Assembly: GCA_963792585.1 (NCBI GenBank) | Contig: CAWBWI010000006.1 | Location: forward strand, 480,001-544,000 | Source of the DNA: Candidatus Eiseniibacteriota bacterium | GTDB lineage: Bacteria > Eisenbacteria > RBG-16-71-46 > CAIMUX01 > VGJL01 | Direction of reading: 5' to 3' | Length of the DNA: 64,000 bases | In this document: piece after piece, positions 56,828 through 64,000 of the stretch | Numbering within the stretch: position 1 is the stretch's first letter | Layout: every line of letters begins with the position of its first letter | Translations under genes and position numbers: made by a program | Notes under the pieces: generated by a model | What the model saw: the letters and a program-made list of their open reading frames with translations, nothing else | Databases searched by the model: none | What the model was told of the DNA's origin: nothing

Positions 56828-58189
56828 TTGTCGGTATCCGGGACGGCGCGTGGGCATGACCAGCCGTCGACGCGTCCGAACGCGGCGCTCGACCGGCGCG
56901 TTGCGTTCGCCCTGCTCGCAACCGGCCTGGTCCTACGGCTCCTGGTCGCGCTCCTGCGACGCACCCCGTTCTTCTCCGATGAGATCCAGTACGTCTCGAT
57001 GGCGCGCGACATCCTGACGACCGGCACCCATACGCTGCACTTCTTCTGGCCCGCCGGGTACGGTTACTTCGGCGCTCTCGTTCTCGCCATCGTGGGCGAT
57101 GCGCCGCGCGCGGTCCTGGTCGCGCAGGCGATCCTATCGGCCTCGGTCGGACCCATGATCTATGCACTCGCCCTACGCTGCGGATTCGATCGCCCTGCCT
57201 CGGCCGCGGCTGCCTTCTTCTACCTGGTCCTGATCCAGCCCCTACTCGCGGTGGGCATGATGCTGAGCGATACGTTCTTTTGCAGCCTGACGCTCGCCGC
57301 CCTCTTCCTGCTGATGCGGGATCGATCGGGACGGATTCCGATCCATCTCGTCGCCGGCTTCTTTCTCGGTTGGGCGTGGGCGTCCCGCTCCATAGGGCTG
57401 ATCGCGGTCCTGATGGCGATCGCCTGGATCCTCGGCCGTCCGCTCGCCCTGCGAAGGCGCGTCACGCTCGCGGTCTGCCTGGGGGCGTCCCTCGCGCTGC
57501 CGGTCGGCTTCGTCCTCGCGCGGAACTGGAATGCGCACCACGCTTTCGCACTGGAAGCGAATGCTGGCTTCAACCTATGGCGGGGCAATAACCCGGACAC
57601 CGATCTCCTGTACCCGGCCAGACAGCAGTTTGCTCCCCTTCCGGGCGAGACCCCCACGCTGGCGGACGCTCGGGCGCGACGGGAAGGGATCTCGTACGTC
57701 ATGCGCCACCCGCATGTGTTCGCCGTGCGATGGTGCTACCGGTGCTCCCAGATCCTCGGTCCGAATCCAGGGCACGAGGCGATCCATGCGTTCCGTGACC
57801 GGATCGGCATGCGGCCGATCGTGGGGTTCCACCTGGCCGAATCGATCCTGCTCTGGTCCATATCGCTCGGGGGCCTCGCCCTCGCGACGCGACGCAACCG
57901 CGTCTTCCTCTTCTGCGCGCTCTACCCGGCAGCCTACTTTGCGCTCGTGGCGGCCGTGGTCGCGGTACCCCGGTATCGGCTGCCGGCGATCCCGTTCGTC
58001 TGCGTCCTCTTCGCGGGCGGCCTGCAGGCGTTGATCGATCTGAAGAGGGAAGGACGGCTCCGCCTCCGCAACCGCAGGCTGTGGATCGCCGGCTTCGTAT
58101 CCCTCATCGTGATCGCGAACATGGGTTGGCAGCTTGCGCGCGAGATTCCGAAGGCCGCGAACCCGAGCTACCGAGACCAATGGCGGTGA
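56828..58189 (+). CDS. GT39/ArnT-like membrane glycosyltransferase (start uncertain)
   Basis: FSDEIQY, WPAGY, ARNW, GFNLWRGNNP, PRYRLP; many TMs. Confidence 0.72.
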   Translation: MSVSGTARGHDQPSTRPNAALDRRVAFALLATGLVLRLLVALLRRTPFFSDEIQYVSMARDILTTGTHTLHFFWPAGYGYFGALVLAIVGDAPRAVLVAQAILSASVGPMIYALALRCGFDRPASAAAAFFYLVLIQPLLAVGMMLSDTFFCSLTLAALFLLMRDRSGRIPIHLVAGFFLGWAWASRSIGLIAVLMAIAWILGRPLALRRRVTLAVCLGASLALPVGFVLARNWNAHHAFALEANAGFNLWRGNNPDTDLLYPARQQFAPLPGETPTLADARARREGISYVMRHPHVFAVRWCYRCSQILGPNPGHEAIHAFRDRIGMRPIVGFHLAESILLWSISLGGLALATRRNRVFLFCALYPAAYFALVAAVVAVPRYRLPAIPFVCVLFAGGLQALIDLKREGRLRLRNRRLWIAGFVSLIVIANMGWQLAREIPKAANPSYRDQWR

Positions 58190-59311
58190 ACCCCGCGCCG
58201 ATCTCCGTTCTCTTTCTGACCGACATGCTTCCGGTCGGCGGGGCGGAGACACAGCTCGTTGCGCTCGTCAACGCACTCGATCCGGAGCGGGTGAGAGCCC
58301 GCGTGGTGATCCTGAGAGATCACGCTGAGCTCGCGCCGCTAGTTAAGTGTTCCGTATCAGGTCCTGAAGATGGCCGGGCCGCTAGATGTGCGCGTGATCC
58401 ACCGTCTGCGCGCCATCATCGACGAGCACGAGATTCGCGCGATCCATACGACCCATGTCCGCTCCACGCTCCTCGCGCGGGCGCTGCGGACGTTCGTGCG
58501 CCCCCCCGCGCCCCAGCGCCGGCTGGCGGTCATCACCACGGAGCACTCGTACCGGCAGGCTACCGCCACACCCATTCTCGCCTTGTTGCGGCGGTGCACG
58601 ACGCACCTTTCCGATCGGATCATCGCCGTTTCGGAGGCACAAGCGACTGGCTGCGCGCGACCATGGCCATTCCCGCCGATCGTCGTCGTCGTGATTCCCA
58701 ATGCGATCGATCGGACTCCTGGGCCGACCTGCCCGACCCCGAACAGGCGCGGCGCGAGCTGGGGATTCGCGCAGAGGAGCCCGTCTTTCTTTGCGTTGCG
58801 CGCCTCGCTCCCGTGAAGGAAATCGGAACCATGCTCACGGCGATGGAACATACGCCCGGGCACCTGATCCTCGTCGGGGACGGGCCCGAGCGAGCGCGCC
58901 TGGAGACGCTTGCCCAAGGCGAGGGCCTGCGCGGTCGCGTCCACATCGTGGGCGAGCGGATCGATCCGCGTCCGTATCTCGCGGCCGCATGGGCGATCTG
59001 TCTCTCTTCGAGCGACGAGTGCCACCCGGTCGCCCTGCTCGAGGGGATGGCCGCCGGGCGTCCTGCGGTAGCCACAAACGTCGGGGGATCCCGGAGATCG
59101 TCGACGACGGGGTTACGGGGTTTCTGGTGCCGCCGCGCGATCACGAAGCGCTGGCGCGCGCCTTCGGGAGGGTCGCGCAAGACGCCTCCTGGAGGGAACG
59201 GGCGGGCGGCGACGGCGCGACGCACCGTCGTGGAACGCGGCACCATCGAAGCGCGCGCGCGCACGGATCGAGACGCTCATCGCCGACCTCGTCGGAGGGC
59301 TCTGTCGATGA
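58180..59311 (+). pseudogene. GT4-family glycosyltransferase with several frameshifts
   Basis: VLFLTDMLPVGGAETQL; ITTEHS and IIAVS in another frame; VIPNAID; VARLAPVK; ECHPVALLEGMAAGRP; GIPEIVDDGVTGFLVPPRD in a third frame. Confidence 0.8.
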
Positions 59312-60480
59312 GGCCCTTGATTCTTTGCGCGTCGACCCAGTACTGGGAAGAGGCTTGGTTTCGAAAACAACACTTCATGACCCACCTAGCGCGGCAACGA
59401 CCGGTGGGCTACATCGAGCCGTCTCACTCGATCCTCCGGGCGGCGCCGGAGCATGTTCCGGCGACCAATCGAAACGATCCGTTCCGGATGCGTGTCCGGC
59501 GCGCGGGAGACTCGCTCTGGATCATGACGCCGCCGTGCGGATTTCCGTTCTGGACGCATCCGGCGGTCAGCCGCCACCAGTACAGGCACTATGGGCGTCT
59601 CCTGAGACGCGAAGCCGCTCGCCTAGGCTTCGACCGGATCTGGCTCTGGATGTACAATCCGCTATATGTGGAGGCGGTCCCCACACTCGCTCCCGAGCGA
59701 TTGATCTTCGACCTCGTTGACGACTTGGGAGCATACGAGGCGCGTGCCGCGAGTCGTCGAAACATGCTGGCGTGCGTCGAACGGGCGATCGAAACGGCGG
59801 ATCTGGTCATCGCGACCTCTCGCACATTGGTCGACGCGTACGCCCCGCGCACGCGGATGGGGAGCATCGCCCTCGTTCCCAACGGCGTGCGGGGCGATTG
59901 GATCGATCGCGTTCCAACAACCGCGCCGCCCGCCGTTCGCGGGCTGCCCCACCCGCGGATCGGCTTCGTCGGAGCGCTGTTCAGCTACCTCGACTTTCCC
60001 CTTCTCCACGCGACGGCGCGCGCCTTCCCCGAGGGAAGCCTCGCGCTCGTGGGCCCGATCCGCGACGCGGCGGCCGTCGATGCCCTCCGGCGGGAATCGA
60101 ACGTGCGCATCGTCGGGCCGGTCGCGCAAGACTCAGTTCCCGACTTCATCGCTTCCTTCGACGTTTGCCTCGCTCCCTTCCGATCGGGGGCGATCCGTCG
60201 GGCCGTGGATCCGCTCAAGGTCTACGAGTATCTCGCCCTGGGCAGGCCGGTTGTCGCGACCCCCCTCGAATCGCTCGCGGCCAGCCCGATCGCACTGCAG
60301 ATCCGTTTCGCGGAGGGAGCGGATGCGTTCGTATCTGCGATCCGTGACGCCCTTGCCGACGATGGTTCGGCGGCGCGCGCCGCCCGCCGCGCGGCGGTCC
60401 GTCCCTACGCATGGGAGACCTTGGGCAATCAGGTCGTCTCCCTGATCGACGCGGCCGAGAAGGAGTGGTCACAGGAATGA
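59308..60480 (+). CDS. Glycosyltransferase (GT4/TuaH-like)
   Basis: ATG at 59308 after GGAGG; WFRKQHF, FDLVDD, VPNGV, IGFVGAL, PLKVYEYLALGRPVV. Confidence 0.85.
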   Translation: MRPLILCASTQYWEEAWFRKQHFMTHLARQRPVGYIEPSHSILRAAPEHVPATNRNDPFRMRVRRAGDSLWIMTPPCGFPFWTHPAVSRHQYRHYGRLLRREAARLGFDRIWLWMYNPLYVEAVPTLAPERLIFDLVDDLGAYEARAASRRNMLACVERAIETADLVIATSRTLVDAYAPRTRMGSIALVPNGVRGDWIDRVPTTAPPAVRGLPHPRIGFVGALFSYLDFPLLHATARAFPEGSLALVGPIRDAAAVDALRRESNVRIVGPVAQDSVPDFIASFDVCLAPFRSGAIRRAVDPLKVYEYLALGRPVVATPLESLAASPIALQIRFAEGADAFVSAIRDALADDGSAARAARRAAVRPYAWETLGNQVVSLIDAAEKEWSQE

Positions 60481-61811
60481 ACTCGCGCACCGGGCGGATC
60501 GGGAGCGATGCGGCCGGCACGCTCTTCGCCCGCATCTTCATCCTCGCGGCGGGCCTCATCACGAACATCGTCGTCGCCCGCACGATCGGCCCTGAGGGCA
60601 AAGGCCTGCTCTCGTATCTCTCCTACTCTCTATTCCTGGCGACGAGTCTTGGCGGAATCGGACTTCAGACCGCGGCGATCCAGCAAATCGGCAAGCGAAT
60701 TTACCCGAAAGAGACCATCGCCGCCACGCAGATCGTCCTGAGCCTGGCCGCCGGAATCGTTTGCGCGGTCGCCGTCGGCATTCTGTTGCCGAACTTTCAC
60801 GGAAAGATCGTGCTCTCGACCGGCCTCTTGCTCACATTCCTTCCGATCGTGGTCCTGTCGATTCTGCAGCTGAACGCCTCGGGCATGATGATCGGCTTAG
60901 GACGCATCGCCATCCAGAACCGGATCTCCGCGCTGGGCCCCGCCCTGTGGGCCGTGACGTCGGTAATCATCCTTGTCCTCCTTCGCAAGGGCGCGACCTA
61001 CGCGGCCTATGCCTGGCTCCTCACCCAAGTGGCCGCGCCGGTCGCTACCATCCTGTGGATCACGAGGAACGCCCGACCGACCCTCGCATCGTTCGCGGCA
61101 TGCGCCCGCACGTCGCTGCGTTTCGGTTTCGACGCGTACCTCGCGAATCTCCTGTGGGCGTTGATGCTGCGCATCGACGGTTTTCTGCTCGGGGCGATGC
61201 GGGGCGCCGAGCGCGTCGGGTACTACTCGGTCGCCGTCCTGCTGGCCGAGATCCTCTGGTATTTCCCGAGCTCGCTCACGCTCGCGATGAGCCGCCGCGT
61301 CTCCGCCGATCCGCAAGGCGAAGCCCTTGCCCTCACCTGCCGCGCCTCGCGGATGGGACTCTGGTTCGTGGCGTCCGGATCCATGGTCGTCACCCTCGTC
61401 GCTGCCCCCATGATCCGGCTGGTCTACGGTGAAGCGTTCCTGCCCGCCGTCCGGCCACTCTGGATCCTCTTGCCCGGCGTGACTGCGATCGCCGTCGCCA
61501 AACCCCTCTCCCTCTTCTACACCCAACACAAGGGCTCGCCGCGCGTGAACGCATGGCTCTCCGGAGTTGCCGTGACGGTGAACATCGGACTGAACATCCT
61601 ATGGATTCCCGAGTTCGGCCCGAGTGGGGCGGCCGCGGCCTCGACGGTCTCCTACCTCCTCGTCACCGTGCTCCTCCTCCTCCGCATCCGGCGGGAACCG
61701 GGATTCGCCTGGAAGAAAGCTCTCGTCCTGAGGCAAGATGATCTCTCGGCCGCGGTGAAGACGATTCGGGGATTCCTCCAAAGCGCACGGAGAATGGGAG
61801 ACGCACCGTGA
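60477..61811 (+). CDS. wzx: Wzx-type polysaccharide flippase
   Basis: About 12 TMs; VARTIGPEGKG, RIDGFLL, VGYYSVAV, NILWIPEFGPSGAAAAS. Confidence 0.8.
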   Translation: MNSRTGRIGSDAAGTLFARIFILAAGLITNIVVARTIGPEGKGLLSYLSYSLFLATSLGGIGLQTAAIQQIGKRIYPKETIAATQIVLSLAAGIVCAVAVGILLPNFHGKIVLSTGLLLTFLPIVVLSILQLNASGMMIGLGRIAIQNRISALGPALWAVTSVIILVLLRKGATYAAYAWLLTQVAAPVATILWITRNARPTLASFAACARTSLRFGFDAYLANLLWALMLRIDGFLLGAMRGAERVGYYSVAVLLAEILWYFPSSLTLAMSRRVSADPQGEALALTCRASRMGLWFVASGSMVVTLVAAPMIRLVYGEAFLPAVRPLWILLPGVTAIAVAKPLSLFYTQHKGSPRVNAWLSGVAVTVNIGLNILWIPEFGPSGAAAASTVSYLLVTVLLLLRIRREPGFAWKKALVLRQDDLSAAVKTIRGFLQSARRMGDAP

Positions 61812-62464
61812 AGGTCCGGCTGCTGGCCCCGCTGAGCCTAGCGCTTCTCAATTGCGCCAAAGCTCCCACGCACGCGCCGGGACCTGGAGCGAGCGACCCC
61901 CTACCGATCCAAATTGAGGCGGCCACGGTCCTTCGCGTCGGGTCAAGCACGACTCTCTCCGTCAGCCCGAGCCCCCACGGCGTCGCGAGGTCCTACGCCT
62001 GGCGGTCGACAGGCGGACGGATCTCCGGAGAAGGCGCCGTCGTCCTCTTCACGGCACCGGAAAACGTGGATTCGGTTCGCGTCAATGTCGAGGTCAAGGA
62101 GAACGACGGGACCACATGGGCGGGAGCGACGACGATCATCGTCTTCAAGCAATGGGCGATTCTCGTCGACGCGTGCGACGATCTGCGGAGCTGGTTCTTC
62201 GGCGCGCCCTACTCCGACAGACTCGTCCTTCCGTACACGGTCGCCATCGAGCAGCCGATCTTCCAGCCGAACGAGTCGGGCTTCATGACGGCTTATGACC
62301 CGGCACCGGCATGCGTCACCTACCAGATCCACCCGAAGGACTGGGACCCGGCGCGCTTCGGCGCCTTCACCCGGATCATCGACTTCCTGATCGCACAGGA
62401 CGTCACCTTCACGACCCCATCCGACTACGAGCAGATCACCCACAAGATGGTCGGCGGCCGGTAG
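61808..62464 (+). CDS. Putative lipoprotein with an Ig/PKD-like domain and a partial polysaccharide-deacetylase-like C-terminus
   Basis: Lipobox-like LALLNC; SYAWRSTGGRISGEGAVVLFTAP; YQIHPKDWD...IIDFL...VTFTTPSDY. Confidence 0.5.
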   Translation: MKVRLLAPLSLALLNCAKAPTHAPGPGASDPLPIQIEAATVLRVGSSTTLSVSPSPHGVARSYAWRSTGGRISGEGAVVLFTAPENVDSVRVNVEVKENDGTTWAGATTIIVFKQWAILVDACDDLRSWFFGAPYSDRLVLPYTVAIEQPIFQPNESGFMTAYDPAPACVTYQIHPKDWDPARFGAFTRIIDFLIAQDVTFTTPSDYEQITHKMVGGR

Positions 62465-62478
62465 GTCTGGAGACGGAC

Positions 62479-63903
62479 ATGGGTTCCACGGCGCATGCGA
62501 TCGGGCACCCCGGAGCGGGGTCGCGCCGGCTCTGGGGTGTCGCGTTGAGCGGCGCCGCGCTCATCGGAATCGCCTCCGCCTACAACATGGTCGCCGCGGT
62601 GGGGATCGTGGCCTCGATCGTCCTTCTCGGTTTCGCCCTCTTCGACGTCTCGGTGCTGGTCATGGGTCTCCTGCTCCTCCACATGCTCGGTCAGCCGTGG
62701 CAGCTCTCGTGGGCGAGCGTTGCGATCGCCGACATCAACCTCTATCCGAATGACATCCTCATCCTGATCCTCCTCGGCGTGATCCTTCACCGGTGGATGC
62801 GCTCCGGGGTCGTTCCCACCCTCCCCCGCGACGCGGTCGGCAAATCGGTCCTGCTCTTCTTGATCTACGGACTCTTCTCTCTGGCACGAAGCATCCCGAT
62901 CCATGGATGGAGCGCCATGCTCGGCTTCCGCCAGCAGATTGCCTATGCTGTTCTCTTCTTCCTCGTTCTCGCGGTCATGGACGCGCGTCCCACGCGCGTC
63001 CGCCTCTTCGTCGCGCTCCTGGTCGCGGCCGCCGGTGTGGGCGTGAATGGCATCGTGAACCTCTCGACCGGCACCCCGTACGGGTTCCAGACAAGCAGCC
63101 ACACCTTCCGTTATCTCTCGAGCTTCCAGGCGATGACCCTCTTCTTCGGACTATCGCTCCTCCTAGGCGGGGTATGGGTCCTGCGCCGACCGCTCTGGAG
63201 CTACCCCCTCGCCGGCCTCTGCGTCTTCGGAATCCTGATCTCCCAGGCGCGCTCCGTCTGGCTGGCGGCCGTGGTGGGTCTGCTCGCCGGTTGCTTCGGC
63301 TCCTCCTGGTGGCGGCGGGTCGTCCTGCGGCTCGCCATCCCGGGCGCGATCGCGGTGGTTCTCTTGATCGCGCTCGGCGGGATCGACGTGGGCGCCGACA
63401 TCACCAAACGCGCGGCGAGCCTCTCGAATGTGCAGGGAGACATCACCTGGGTCTGGCGCTTGTACGTTTGGGGCGAGGCGCTGGGTAAGCTCGCCGCGAG
63501 CCCGATCCTTGGACTCGGCCTGGGGATGGACTTCAGCTACTTCGATGCGACCCGCGGCACGTGGGACTCGACACGCCAGATCCACAATACCTACATCGAG
63601 CTCGCCTACTACGTCGGCGCGATCGGCGTGGCGATCTACACCACCTTCCAGGTCCTCGTGCTCCACAGGCTCCTGCGCGCCGCCCGGCGTCTGGGAAAGA
63701 GCCCACGGGCGGCCGTCCTGAGCGCCCTCGCAAGTTGTCAGGTCTGCTTGATGGGGGTCGCATTCGCGAACGTGGTCGGCGCGTCGATGTCAGCCACGAT
63801 CTACACGTGGATTCTGGGTGCTGTTTCGCTTCTGGAGATTCGCGACGCGGAGCGGGAGATGAGGGAGGCAGCCGCGGGCGGCGGTGCGCCGTACTCGGCC
63901 TAG
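62479..63903 (+). CDS. Wzy/O-antigen ligase family protein
   Basis: Many TMs; SQARSVW, WRLYVW, PILGLGLG, IHNTYIELAYYVGAIG. Confidence 0.85.
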   Translation: MGSTAHAIGHPGAGSRRLWGVALSGAALIGIASAYNMVAAVGIVASIVLLGFALFDVSVLVMGLLLLHMLGQPWQLSWASVAIADINLYPNDILILILLGVILHRWMRSGVVPTLPRDAVGKSVLLFLIYGLFSLARSIPIHGWSAMLGFRQQIAYAVLFFLVLAVMDARPTRVRLFVALLVAAAGVGVNGIVNLSTGTPYGFQTSSHTFRYLSSFQAMTLFFGLSLLLGGVWVLRRPLWSYPLAGLCVFGILISQARSVWLAAVVGLLAGCFGSSWWRRVVLRLAIPGAIAVVLLIALGGIDVGADITKRAASLSNVQGDITWVWRLYVWGEALGKLAASPILGLGLGMDFSYFDATRGTWDSTRQIHNTYIELAYYVGAIGVAIYTTFQVLVLHRLLRAARRLGKSPRAAVLSALASCQVCLMGVAFANVVGASMSATIYTWILGAVSLLEIRDAEREMREAAAGGGAPYSA

Positions 63904-64000
63904 CGTCGGCCGAGAATCCTGCGCAGGCCCTGCGCGTCGGCCTCGCGTCCCGGATACCGCTCCCACCACTCTGCGGCATAGGCGAGGAAGACACCTAGCA

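Noticed and set aside
58081..60480. Single 799-aa double-glycosyltransferase fusion
   Set aside because: The first half drifts in and out of the GT4 frame, and a separate RBS with an ATGA overlap exists at 59308. The fusion is a frameshift artefact.

Overview
High-GC bacterial genomic window. Many secreted proteins end in PNPF...FlgD/T9SS-like C-terminal domains and one ends in a 'TWGxIxxLY' tail, which suggests an FCB-affiliated lineage such as Ca. Eisenbacteria (inference only). From left to right: a partial dedA-family gene; a radical SAM fusion; a GT39-like glycosyltransferase; several secreted repeat or beta-barrel proteins, including a tandem pair of Asp-box propellers; a stand-alone 2562-aa reducing type I PKS (KS-AT-DH-MT-ER-KR-ACP) divergent from an ABC ATPase / FtsX-type permease / LolA-like / outer-membrane barrel operon; an M43 metalloprotease; a frameshifted tripeptidyl-peptidase-II-like subtilase; two tandem 7Fe ferredoxins; SatP; a VOC protein; a porin-like protein plus monoheme cytochrome c behind a Fur-like box; an ECF sigma factor with a kinase-STAND-TPR partner, divergent from a large S8 protease; TOBE, HD-remnant and EVE genes; an SbcD/YhaO nuclease with a frameshifted Rad50/YhaN-like ATPase; and the start of a Wzx/Wzy polysaccharide cluster. 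A ~76-nt palindromic repeat with compensatory stem changes occurs in at least 9 copies, one of them inside an HD-domain gene. Frameshifts cluster in three genes and are probably consensus errors. I recognised no rRNA, tRNA, CRISPR array or transposase. All calls come from reading motifs by eye; no database searches were run.
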